DNA of 64,000 nt, taken from an uncultured delta proteobacterium. Its GTDB lineage: Bacteria > Desulfobacterota > Binatia > UBA9968. Each line of letters begins with the position of its first letter. Position 1 is the stretch's first letter. The notes beneath the pieces were generated by a model, which ran no database searches, had not been told where the DNA came from, and worked only from the letters and a program-made list of their open reading frames with translations. The stretch lies in the NCBI GenBank assembly GCA_963760795.1, contig CAVXEP010000022.1, positions 247,123 to 311,122 of the forward strand, given 5' to 3'. Shown here piece by piece: positions 11,262 through 22,110 of the stretch. Both the position numbers and the translations under genes were made by a program.

Positions 11262-12222
11262 TCAGGGCAAGCTAAAGACGATCAGTTGGTCCGTCACCCC
11301 GCCTGATCCAGGTTTCAACGATCCGGCGACGAGGTAGACACGACCGCCGGTGGTCGCGGCGGCGGTCCCGTGCCGGCCGCCGGGCATGGGGGCCAGCGTT
11401 CGCCAACTTTTGGTTTTCGGATTGTAGGCTTCGTTCTCGGCGAAGGTATTGGGCGCAAGCTCGCCGCCCAACACCAGAACCATGCCTTCGTAGAGCGTCG
11501 CGGCGAGGCCGCTGCGCGCGGTCGGCAGCGGCGGCCCCGACGTCCAGGAGTTCGGTCGCCGGGTCGTAGATGTCGTGCATATCGGTTTTGTCATTGCTCG
11601 CGCCGAAGCGTCCGCCGATCGCATGAATCTTTCCTTCGGCGGCGACCAGCGCCATATGATCGCGCGCCTTGGGCAGCGGCGGCGCGCTCACTCCAAGCGT
11701 TGGTCGCCGGATCGTAGACCTGGTGCGTCGTCGACGGTATCACCCGCCGGAGTGCGTCCACCGACCGCGTGAATCTTGCCGTCGAGCGCGGTGACGCCGA
11801 CCGAGCCCAGACCCACCTTGAGCGGGCTGAGCGCGCGCCAGCTGTCCGCGGCGGGGTCGTATTCGAGCACATGGGGTTGCCCGTCCTTGTGCGTCGAGCC
11901 GACAAAGCCGCCGACGGTGTAAATCTTGCCGTTCAATACCGCCGCGCCGATGTGGTCGAGTCCGTGCGGCAGCGGCGCGCGGGTGCGCCAGCGATCGGTG
12001 GCGGGATCGTATTCATCGTGGTAGGTCCCCGCCACGCCCTGCTACGCCGCCGCCGATCACATGAATTTTACCGCCCACCGCCGCCAGCGCCACTTCATTG
12101 CGTGGAGTCGGGATCGGCGCTTTCATCGTCCAGCTTCCCGGCGATTGCGCGTAAACCGTCGACACGCCAAGCACGATGGCGAGGGCGGCGAACTTTAAAA
12201 ATTTCCATGACCGCTTATGCAT
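11262..12222 (-). CDS. Secreted Kelch-repeat protein, frameshifted (~12030, ~11730-11690, ~11545)
   Basis: Signal peptide then repeated GKI.xxGG...YDPATD.W units over several ORFs. Confidence 0.85.
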
Positions 12223-12440
12223 CGTGTCCTCCGTTCCGCTTTCAGGGCTGTCAAATTCGCGAAAAATCCAACCGTGAAATAACGCTGCCCTAACTGCCCG
12301 AGCAGCGTACGGACAATAGTTCCAGTCGAGCCGAGCCGTCAAGACGCTACGGCATCGGTCGCTAGCGCAGCGCGCGGGCGCGCGGCGGTTTGTCGTTGGC
12401 CGATCTTTGATATAAAAAATTGACAGCGAAGATTCACCAC

Positions 12441-13676
12441 ATGACTGCACAACCGAGCCGTCTCTCGTTATTCCGCCAGCGGGATTTTTGCGTCTTCTGG
12501 ACCGGTTCGTTTCTCTCCAGCATGGGCACGCAGTTCACCACGGTGGCGATGGCCTGGCAGATCTACGAGCTGACCAATTCACCCATGCAAATCGGCCTGC
12601 TCGGCTTAGCCCGCGCTTTGCCGCAGATCGTTTTGCTGTTGGTCGGCGGCCTGCTTGCCGACGCCATGGACCGGCGCAAGCTCATGATGTGCACACAGAC
12701 CGGGCTGTTCTGCATATCGACCACCCTGGCGCTGCTCACTTATTTCGGCAAAGCTTCGCCGCATATGCTTTACGCCGCGACCATGCTGCTGGCGATCTTC
12801 ACGTCGTTGGAACAGCCGTCGCGCCAGTCGATGATTCCCAATCTGGTGCCGCGCGACCATTTGGCCCAAGCGCTGGCGCTGCAAGGCACGCAACGCTACG
12901 TGCCGGTGATCGCCGGACCGTCGCTCGCCGGCGTGGTTCTCGCCTTCTCCGGTCCAGCCGCCTGCTATGCCGTCGATGCCTGCTCTTGGCTGGCGATGCT
13001 CTCGGCCTTGCGAATGCTCCGCACCAAGATCCCCGAAGGCGGCGGCTGGAAGAGCGTCTCGCTCGCGTCGTTGCGCGAAGGCTGGGCTTTCGTCTGGTCG
13101 CACAGCGTGATTTTCCCGCTGATGCTGCTCGACTTCAGCGCGACGTTCTTTGGCAACGCGCGCGGATTATTTCCGATCTTCGCCCGCGACATCCTTTTCG
13201 TCGGGCCGGCAGGACTCGGATTGCTCTATGCCGCTCGTGCCGTCGGCTCGCTGCTCGCCGCCATCGGCATGACACTGCTTGGCCCGGTAAGACGGGGCGG
13301 CCGCTGGATCGTCATCGGCATCGGTATTTACGGACTGTCCACAGCGCTGTTCGCTCAGTCGCAGCTATTTTGGTTTTCCGTGATCATGCTCACGCTGACC
13401 GGCGCCGGCGACACCATCAGTTCGATCCTGCGCTCGACCATCAATCAGTTGAGCACGCCCGACGAATTGCGCGGCCGCATGTCGTCGATCAACAGCATTT
13501 TCACCAGCAATGGACCGCAGCTGGGGCAATTCGAATCCGGGCTCGTCGCCGCTTGGCTCGGCGCCCAGATGTCGGCGCTCACCGGCGGGCTGGCGACGTT
13601 GATGATTCTGGCGGCGGTGACGGCCGGATATCCTGTGCTGCGACGCTATCGGATGCCACAGACTGGCATGACATAG
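12441..13676 (+). CDS. MFS transporter (EntS/DHA3-like, 12 TM)
   Basis: GGLLADAMDRRK motif A, TPDELRGR and GQFESG motifs, about 12 hydrophobic segments. Confidence 0.9.
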   Translation: MTAQPSRLSLFRQRDFCVFWTGSFLSSMGTQFTTVAMAWQIYELTNSPMQIGLLGLARALPQIVLLLVGGLLADAMDRRKLMMCTQTGLFCISTTLALLTYFGKASPHMLYAATMLLAIFTSLEQPSRQSMIPNLVPRDHLAQALALQGTQRYVPVIAGPSLAGVVLAFSGPAACYAVDACSWLAMLSALRMLRTKIPEGGGWKSVSLASLREGWAFVWSHSVIFPLMLLDFSATFFGNARGLFPIFARDILFVGPAGLGLLYAARAVGSLLAAIGMTLLGPVRRGGRWIVIGIGIYGLSTALFAQSQLFWFSVIMLTLTGAGDTISSILRSTINQLSTPDELRGRMSSINSIFTSNGPQLGQFESGLVAAWLGAQMSALTGGLATLMILAAVTAGYPVLRRYRMPQTGMT

Positions 13677-13863
13677 GAGCACTACGCGGCAAGATTCTTG
13701 GCATGAGCACGGTGGAGTCGTTGACCGATATTTTACTGCGCGAAGGACTGCGCTTTAACACCCGCTCCGACAAATCCAATTTCTTTTTGCGAACTTTGCG
13801 TTCTTTGCGGTTAAGTCTTTTATCTTCTTCGCTTGCGGCGGAACTGCGCTCGGCCCTTGGTGA

Positions 13864-15346
13864 TTAAGCGTCTTTTCTCTTGCTCTTAAATATCGGCCAA
13901 ATCAAAAACGCTACCGTCAGTCCAATCAGCACGGCGCATATCGGCCGTGTCAGAAAAATGCCAAAACTGCCGCGCGAGATTAACAGCGTCTGGCGCAAAG
14001 ATGTCTCCATGATCGGCCCGAGCACCATGGCGAGAATGAATGGCGCGCCTTCGTAGCCGACGCGGCGCAGGACGAAGCCGGCGACGCCGAAGGCGAGCAT
14101 GATGACGATCTCGGCGACGTTGGCATTGAGGCTGTAAACGCCGATCAAGCAGAAAAGTAATATTAACGGGAAGAGAATCGCGTAAGGCGTTTTTAGCAAC
14201 CGCACCCAGATGCCGATCAGCGGTAGGTTGAGAATCAGCAGCATGGCGTTGCCGACGTACATGCTGGCGATGAAGCCCCAGAACAGTTCGGGATATCTGG
14301 CGATGAACAGCGGGCCTGGCTGGATGCCGTGGATCATCAGCGCGCCCATGAACAGCGCCATGATCGCGCTGGTGGGGATGCCGAGCGAAAGCAGAGGAAT
14401 GAACGAGCCGCGGTGGCGGCGTTGTTCGCCGCTTCCGGGCCGGCCACGCCTTCGATGACGCCGGTGCCGAATTTTTCCGGATAGCGCGACAAGCGTTTTT
14501 CCATGGCGTAGGAAACGAACGACGCGATCACCGGTCCGGGCCCGGGAAGAATGCCGAGAAAAAATCCGAGCGCCGAACCGCGCGCGATCGGCGCCGCGCT
14601 GTCGCGCCAATCTTGGCGATTGGGCAGCAACCCTTGGATCTTGGTTTCATAGACCGACTGCTGGCCCAGGACGACCAGATTTTCCAAGACTTCGGCGATG
14701 CCGAACAATCCCATCGCCACCGGTACCAGGCCGAAGCCATCGCGCAGCGTCAACGTGCCGTAGGTAAACCGCTCCTCGCCGGAGATCGGGTCCATGCCGA
14801 CGGTGCCGGCGAGCAGGCCAAGCACCGCCATGATCAACGCTTTGACCATCGAGCCCTGCGACAGATAGGCGACCAACGTCAACCCAGTGAGCGTGAGGGC
14901 GAAATATTCCGGCGGGCCGAAGCTGAGCGCCGCTCTACCTAGTAACGGCGCGAGCAACATCAGGCCGACCACCGCCGACGGTGCCGGCGATGAACGAGGC
15001 GAAGGCGGAAATGCCTAACGCCGCGCCGGCGCGTCCCTGGCGCGCCATCTTGTAGCCATCGAGACAGGTGACGACCGACGCGGTTTCGCCGGGAATATTG
15101 ATTAGGATAGAAGTCGTCGAACCGCCGTACATGGCGCCGTAATAAATTCCCGCGAGCATGATGATCGCGCTGGCCGGCTCCATCTTGAAGGTAATCGACA
15201 GTAAAAACGCCACCGCGCCCACCGGACCCAAGCCCGGCAACACACCAACCAAAGTACCGACCAAAGCGCCGAGAAAGCAGAACAGCAGGTTCATCGGCGT
15301 CAATGCCACCGACAAGACCTAGGGCAAAGTTTTGCAGCAGCTCCAC
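13864..15346 (-). CDS. tctA: Tripartite tricarboxylate transporter large permease TctA, frameshifted (~15315, ~14970, ~14410)
   Basis: [46 protein letters not shown] and GIQPGP motifs. Confidence 0.9.
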
Positions 15347-15347
15347 G

Positions 15348-15803
15348 CTAGATCCTGAAGATTCCGGCGGGCAGGGGCACGCCCAAGAGCCAGGCGAATA
15401 AGCCGTAAGAAAGCAGTGAAGTGACCAGTGAGACGATAAAGACTTTCGACCATCGCGGCGCCTCGATGGCGCGTAGGAGCAACACCATCAGGAAAAATGT
15501 CGCGAGCAAAAAGCCCAAGCGCTCCAGCACCAAGGCGAAGCCGAGCACGGTCGCCAGCGTAGCGCCGATGCGAATCCAGCCATCGCTGGCGATCTTGCCG
15601 GGGGCGTCAGCGGTTTCGGGCTGGCGTAACGCGCGAAACAGCTCGACCAGAGTGAGCAGGACTAATAGAACCCCAAGGATCCGCGGGAAAAAGCCGGTCT
15701 GCGGCACGCGGAAACTGCCGGCCCGGAGCTTGCTCGATTCAAACAAGACATAGGCGGCCAGACCGGCGAGCGCTGCGGCGGCGGTGATGTCGAATCGTTT
15801 CAT
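15348..15803 (-). CDS. tctB: Tripartite tricarboxylate transporter small permease TctB
   Basis: MKRFD.. start; P.TGFFP, LERLGF and LGVPLPAG motifs; 4 TM. Confidence 0.85.
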   Translation of the reverse strand: MKRFDITAAAALAGLAAYVLFESSKLRAGSFRVPQTGFFPRILGVLLVLLTLVELFRALRQPETADAPGKIASDGWIRIGATLATVLGFALVLERLGFLLATFFLMVLLLRAIEAPRWSKVFIVSLVTSLLSYGLFAWLLGVPLPAGIFRI

Positions 15804-16049
15804 GCGTTCTGGGTTGCACACCAGCAAAGCGCGAGCGAGGTGCAAGCCTGGAGTTGTGAAGACACCCAAGCGTGCGATTACATCGTCTGAGTCGTATTGG
15901 CCAAGTCGCTGTGTTGGATTCGCAGTGATTTCGCGCAGCGCAAACGATCGCCACCCACTTAGAGGCGGCAGCATGGTCTTCATGACGGCAGGGTAGCGCC
16001 TCGCTGGCAGCCTCAGTTTCAACGGCGCAACGGTGCTAAGTGAGCGACG

Positions 16050-17018
16050 CGCAATATATTGACTAATTTTGGCGGCGCGCGCCACTTCGCTCCACTTACG
16101 CTCTTCTTCGGAAAGGAACTTGGCGAACTCGCCGGCGCCGAGGTTTTCGATCAAGGCTTGCGCCTTTTCGATGTTGGCCGTGGCTTCGGGGTCTTTCAAG
16201 CTATCGCTGATCGCCGCGGCGAGTCTCTTCACCACCGCCGGCGGCGTCTTGGCCGGCGCAAAGAAGCCGACCCAAACTTTTAGATTGAGTTCCGGATGGC
16301 CCTTCTCGACGGTGGTGGGAATGTTGGGAAAGTCTTTGAGGCGGCGATTGGACGCCACCGCCAGCGCGCGCAGCGTGCCGGCTTCGACATGGCTCCGAGT
16401 CGTGCCCCGGAGTGTGCAACCCGACATTCGCACATGACCGCCCAACACCGCCGTCGCCGCCGCCGACTCGGAACCCAGGGGCACATGAGTCATGTCGATG
16501 CCGGTCTTAAGCTTCACCAACTCGCCGATGAAATGCGGCGTCGTGCCCGGACCGGCTGAGCCGTAGGTGAGTTGCCCAGGGTTCTTCTTAGCCTCGGCGA
16601 TGAACTCCTCCAAGGTTTTCCACGGCGCATCGCTCTTCACCACCGTGGTGTTCGGGCTGCTGGTGGCCAGCGCCAGCGGCGCGAAATCTTTCAAGGTGAA
16701 ACTCGAATTCTTGTTAACGATCGGGATCAGCGCGATCGGCGGCGGCGTGACCAGGATCGTGTAGCCGTCCGGCGCCGCGTCCTTCGCGGCTTGGATGCCC
16801 ACCGCGCCGCCACCGCCGGCTTTGTTGACGATCACCACCTGCTGCCCCAACGCCGCCGACATCTTGGGCGCGAGAATGCGCGCAACGATATCGGTCACCG
16901 CGCCGGGAGGAAACGGATTGATGATCTGAATCGTCTTGACCGGGTACTGCGCCTGTGCCGCCGGCACAGCGAACATAACCGCCGCCAGAGCGATAATTTT
17001 CCATTCAAGCTTGATCAT
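16050..17018 (-). CDS. tctC: Bug/TctC tripartite tricarboxylate transporter substrate-binding protein (stop codon missing in this sequence; end approximate)
   Basis: YP.K.I..I.PFPPG..TD, NKAGGGG.VG, APDGYT, YGSAG.GT and terminal EE.KW..V..AAKI. Confidence 0.9.
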
Positions 17019-17167
17019 GATGCCTCTCTTTGGCAGACTTTTGCTTGCTAGCTTTCCTCTCGCCGCACTTCCTGCTAACAGAATCGCCGGGGAAGTGTCA
17101 ATCTTTTCTCCAGGAACCTTGACAGCAACGGTCGGGTTGCCTAGAACCGACCAGAGGTTAATCGAAT

Positions 17168-17662
17168 ATGGGAACCATCGCCGGAGCGCAGAATATTTTA
17201 GCCGGCCTCAAGGGCGCGGGTATCGATCTGGTGGCGAGCGTGCCGGACATCAACATGCTCCAGCTGCTCAATCTGCTTTATCAAGACAAAGAGATCGCCC
17301 ATGTGCCGGTGGGGCGCGAAGAAGAAGGCATCGGAGTCTGCGCCGGCGCCCATCTCGCCGGCAAATTCCCCGCCATGCTGATGCAGAACGGCGGCCTGCT
17401 CAACAGCGCCAACGGACTGACCACGACCGCGCTGCAATTCGGCATTCCGGTTGTCCTGTTGATTTACTACGCCGGCGATATCGGTGACAACGCCTTCCAC
17501 ATGGTCGGTTTGGTCACCGAGCCCGTGCTCCAGGGCCTCGGCATCAAATATATCGTCATGCGCGACCCGGCCAAAGTGAAGCAGGAGATTGCCGGGGCGG
17601 TCACCTTGGCGAATTCTTCCAAACGACCGGTGGCGCTACTGTTAACCCGCGCCGTGCTGTAA
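17168..17662 (+). CDS. ThDP-dependent sulfopyruvate/phosphonopyruvate decarboxylase alpha subunit (ComD-like)
   Basis: SVPD, REEEGIGVCAGAHLAGK and LMQNGGLLN motifs. Confidence 0.8.
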   Translation: MGTIAGAQNILAGLKGAGIDLVASVPDINMLQLLNLLYQDKEIAHVPVGREEEGIGVCAGAHLAGKFPAMLMQNGGLLNSANGLTTTALQFGIPVVLLIYYAGDIGDNAFHMVGLVTEPVLQGLGIKYIVMRDPAKVKQEIAGAVTLANSSKRPVALLLTRAVL

Positions 17663-17674
17663 GCGAGAGTGACT

Positions 17675-18288
17675 ATGAAACGATTCGAATGCCTGCAAGC
17701 GATCGCACCGTTGATTAAAGACGAACTGTTCGTCACCACCGCCGGCGGCGCCACTAACGAATGGAACGCCGTGCGTCCGAGCGATGGCAACATTCAAGTT
17801 AAAACCTTGGGACTGTGTTCCTCCATCGGCTTGGCCTCGCCATCGGCTTGCCGAAACGCAAAGTCTTCGTCTTCGACGGCGACGGGGCGTTGTGGATGAA
17901 CTTGGGCTCGCTGGCGACCATCGGCCTGCACCAGCCGAAAAATCTAATTCACATCTGCTGGGACAACAAACAGTACGAGTCATCGGGCGGCGAACCGACG
18001 GCGGCCAGCGCCGGCAACATCGACTTCGCCGGCATTGCGCGCAACGCCGGCATCAAAAGCTCGCGGGCGGTAAATACGCTTGAAGAGCTAAAAGACGCGG
18101 TGAGCCACGCTCTCAAAAACGCCGGCCCGCATTTCATCGCCGCCAACATCGAAGCCGGGCGCGCCGAGTCGCCGCCGCTCAAGTACGACGAGCTGGAAAA
18201 TAAATATCGCTTCATCCGCTACGTCGAAGACACCGAAGGCGTGACTATCCTGCGTCTGCCGCAGTCGGCGAGTTATTTGCTGAAATAA
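17675..18288 (+). CDS. ThDP-dependent decarboxylase beta subunit (ComE-like), frameshift near 17835
   Basis: LG.CSSIG, DGDGALWMNLG and DN..YESSGG ThDP-binding motif. Confidence 0.8.
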
Positions 18289-18319
18289 TTCTCTTCCGTC
18301 GAAGCCGTACACCGGCTCC

Positions 18320-18595
18320 TGACCGACCGCGCTAAGAGACTAAAGATCGCGGTCAAGTATCAGCGCTGACGACACAGACTGGTTACAGCGAACCTACGAA
18401 AACTCGATCGACGAAAAGAAACTGCCGGCGAAACAATACCCAAGCGCCGAGGGGATCAAAACCATTCTAGACGAGTTTGACGTAAAAGAGCCAGAGGCGA
18501 AAGCCGTCAAACCAAGCGATTTCATCGATGCTCGCTTCGTCGAAGAATTTGACAAGAGCGGCTACACCGATAGCCTGTACGGCCGGATAAAGTAG
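18320..18595 (+). pseudogene. Orphan C-terminal fragment of a NitT/TauT-type binding protein
   Basis: KQYPSAEGIKTILDEFDVKEPEAKAVKPSDFIDARFVEEFDKSGYTDSLYGRIK*, no start or N-terminal part. Confidence 0.65.
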
Positions 18596-18667
18596 CGCTC
18601 TACGGTAATCTGCAATGGATGATTGATGAGGGGATTGCCGCACTGCACTCAGGACTCGACGCTGTCG

Positions 18668-21600
18668 CTAATCCTTCAGCCGAATGCCGATCTTGGACAG
18701 GCGATGTTTCCACATGTCGCGTCGCTCAATGCCTTGCCAGACTTCAATTTCATGGCGCGCCAGCTGGGTCTTTTTTTCTTTTAACTCGGTCACTAGATTG
18801 TGAATGAAAGTGGTCGCGCGCCTTCAATAGCTCCTCGCGTTCACTGAGTAGGGTATCTAGACCGTCGCCATCTCCATTAGTAGCATAATCTTCGTCCTCG
18901 GTCGGAATCACCGCCGGTAATCGCGGCCCACTGGACCGCGCTTCTTCAAGCAATCGTTCGGTCCGCAAAGCTTGGCCGCCTCGGACTCTTCGTCTCCCCC
19001 GCAGAGAAGCGAGGTGCTCTCGCATCGTCGCCATCTCGATGCTGCCGCTTTCGACCAGCTTATGTTTTTCCGCGAGCTGGCGCTCCAAGAACTCGAGTTT
19101 ACTCGTGAAGCGTTCCTCGACGCCGTCGACGGAGGACTCCTTGGCCTCTAATAAGGCGGTCTTTTCTCTAAGCTGCTCTTGCAGAGCACGGTCGCTGCGC
19201 TCCTTTTCGGAAGCCAAGGAGCTATATCGTTCCGATACCTCACGCACCTTGTGCATCAGCGCGTCGACTTCGCTTTCGCGGGTCGTCATTAGATTATGTT
19301 GTTCGCTCAACCTATCTTCGAGCGTCTGGATGTGGCCCTTGAATTGGATTTCAACCTTTTTAAGAGCGGCGTCCTTGGTTTGGAGCGTTTGATTGCGCAG
19401 GCGCAGTCCCTGGTCGAGCTGACGCAGCGACTCTTCTTTGCTGTTGCTCAACAAGTCGACTTGCCCGGTCAGATCTTTTAGTTTCGAACGCAGCGTCTCG
19501 ACCTCGCGGGCGCGAGTGTCAACCAGAGCCCGATTCTCGGCCAACTGGTTTTCGAGAGCGTGCAAGCGATCCTCGCTGCGTTTCTCCAGGGATATAAGTG
19601 CCGCCTCGCGGACGCGCAGTAGATCTGTCTTTTTCTTTGGCCTCGGCTTGAAACAATTGCGCCGTTTGCTCCTTGGTGGCACCCAATTCCTGCAATTGCC
19701 GCTGCACCGTTGCGAGCTCCCGCTCGCGATCTTTGAGGTTCTTCGCTTTATCGCCAAGCTGGCCTTCCAGCGCCTGTTGTTTTGCCAATAGCGCGGATTG
19801 CAGCTCTTGTGCAGCGTCATCCTTGGTTTTGAGCAGCGCGGTTTTTTCCTGGAACGCCGCTTCAAGCATTCTCTCCGTCTGCTGTTTGGCCGCGGCCCAC
19901 TCGCTGGCCTGCTGCTTCGCGGTGATGAGCTCGGCGCGCAGCGCGCTGACCTCGGCGTCACGGCTGCCGACGAGCTTTTGGTGTTCCGTGAGTTGCTGCT
20001 CGAGAGCGCTAATTTTCGCACTAAAGTTAGCCTCCAATTCGCGCAGTGCTGAATCGCTGGCGCTGAGAAAGGCTTTTTCCTTGCGGAGCTTCTCTTGCAA
20101 CAAACCGGCGGCGCGCTCTTTTGCCGAGCCCACCTTGGTGAGCTGTTCCGTCAAGGAGACGAGTTGCAGCTGCAGGGCTTCAATCTCCGCGCCGCGGTTT
20201 TGCAGCAGACCGTCGCGTTCAGTGACCTGATGCTGCAAGTGCGCCAATTCTCCGGTGTAGCGGCCCTCCAACTCCTTGTTGCCCGACTCGCGAGCTTGAC
20301 GCAGCTCTTTCTCCTTGCGCAGTTCGTCCTTGAGCGTTTGTTCCGCATTGGCGCTCGCCGCGGTATTGTTGTCCAATTTTTGCGTGAGCCCTTGCACCGT
20401 CAACCTCAGGATCTGAATTTCGCCGTCGCGAATTGTTATGAACTGCTCCTTCTCGCGTAATTGCTGTTCCAGTTGGCGCAGGGATTGATCGTAGCGTTCC
20501 TCCAAGCCACGAAGCGCGGAAGCTTTTTCGTCGATGACATGCCGGCCCTTGCTGCGCTCGGCGTCGCGCTCGGTCTCGGCATGTTCTCTTGCCTCCCTGG
20601 CTTCGTCGAACTTGGCGCTGAGCGCGTGAAATTCCGACTTGAGCGCGTTGATCTCGCCATCGCGCACCTGAACCACAAGGTCCCGTTCGTCGATTTGATT
20701 TTGCAGAGCGCGGATGTTGGTGCGCAGACGGGATTCCAGTTCCTTAAGCGCGCTGTCCCGCGCGCTGCGTTCCTTTTCAAGTTCCGCGCGGGTTACTTCG
20801 AGCAAAGTTTCAGACTGTTGTTTTGCGTCCCTCGATTCGGTCAACTGTCTATGCAGGTTAGCGAGTTCACTTTCGTGGCTCTTAAGCAGCTTCTTCCGTT
20901 CCCCGGCCTGATCCTCGAGGATGCGAATGGATTCTTGGAGGCGCTTCTCGACATTACGGTTAGCCTCGTTGCTCGCTTCGAGGACTGCTTTTTTGTTCTG
21001 AAGCTCTTTTTGCAGCAGTGCTTCGGCGCGCTGGCGGGCCACATCCAACTCTTTGACCTGGACGCCGAGGTCGCTCGCCTCGCCGTGTGCGATGACCAAC
21101 TCCGCATCGCGGCGGCTGAGTAGATCGTCCTTGGTCTGCAGCTGGCTTTCCCACAGCCGGGCTTTTGCAGTCAGCTGTTGGCGGAGCTCTTTCGCTTCGG
21201 CATCTTTGGCTTGCAACGCTTCAGCAGTCCGGCGTCAGCTCGGTGCGCAGCATTGAGTCGTCGGCGCCGGCGTTGACGATGACCTGCCCGACCTGCGCCA
21301 CCGCCAGATTTGAGCGCGCGTAATTCATCGTCGCGGGCCTTGAGCGCACGCTCTTTTTCCGTGAGCTCGCCAATCATCGCCTCGATCCGGCCGATGCTGT
21401 CTTCAAGATCGCGGGTCACACTATCTTTGGCTTGGCGCGCAGTCTTGCCCTTCCATATTCTTCCTGCAGCAGGTGTTCCGCTTCGTGTTTCGCCGCGCCC
21501 AATGCCTGCACTCGTTCCTTGAGCCACAGGACTCGGTCATCGCGGAACAACTTCAGGACAACGATGACGACGAGCAATCGAAGCCGCCGACCATGCCATA

Positions 21601-21805
21601 AAACCACGTGCTGGTAGATTCACCGGAATCGCCATTGCTGATAAAAGACGAACGGTGAGGAGAGGAATTGGCCGAGATTGCGTGAAAACAGCCAGCGGGT
21701 GTACTTCGCTTCGACTTCGTTGCCGTGCAACCAGTAAAGAATCACAGCGCCAAGGATCAAGGCGACAACAACAACGGCGATAAAGAACTTCTCCCGAGTC
21801 CGCAT
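18668..21805 (-). CDS. Large N-terminally membrane-anchored coiled-coil protein (~1000 aa) with 78/71-aa internal repeats; several frameshifts
   Basis: TM segment at 21805 ORF, then E/K/L/Q-rich helical ORFs 21171-21527, 19519-21216 and 18750-20021; C-terminus ..HEIEVWQGIERRDMWKHRLSKIGIRLKD* at 18668. Confidence 0.75.
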
Positions 21806-22110
21806 AGCTTCCTACAATCGTTTATTTGGCAGAGTTTGACGTTCCCAGATTTTAATATTGTAACGTCAGGGCAAGGGATTGCCAAAAGGAAATTCCGCTG
21901 AGATTACCGACCTAGTTTAGCGACTGGAATGAAACGATCGAATTCTTACCAAAACTGCCGTACGGCGCGATGAGATGAATTGTCTTACTCAAGCCGGCGA
22001 GCGCTAGCTGCCGGCCGGTATGTAAGCAGCGCCCAACTAGAGGGAACCTGACCGCAGATCGAATTGATCTGTGTTGTCTACGGTGGGAAATGACGACTCG
22101 TGAAACCGCT

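Noticed and set aside
12488-13867. 459-aa alternative-frame ORF and other long overlapping or antisense ORFs (e.g. 41628-42680, 50189-51304, 57712-58611)
   Set aside because: Shadow ORFs of real genes in high-GC DNA; Arg/Ala-rich or antisense with no family motifs.
18668-21805. SMC/SbcC chromosome segregation ATPase
   Set aside because: No Walker A/B or signature motifs; N-terminus is a transmembrane segment.
21868-21890. sigma54 promoter TTGGCAATCCCTTGC upstream of the coiled-coil gene
   Set aside because: GG and GC are 9 nt apart, not the required 10.
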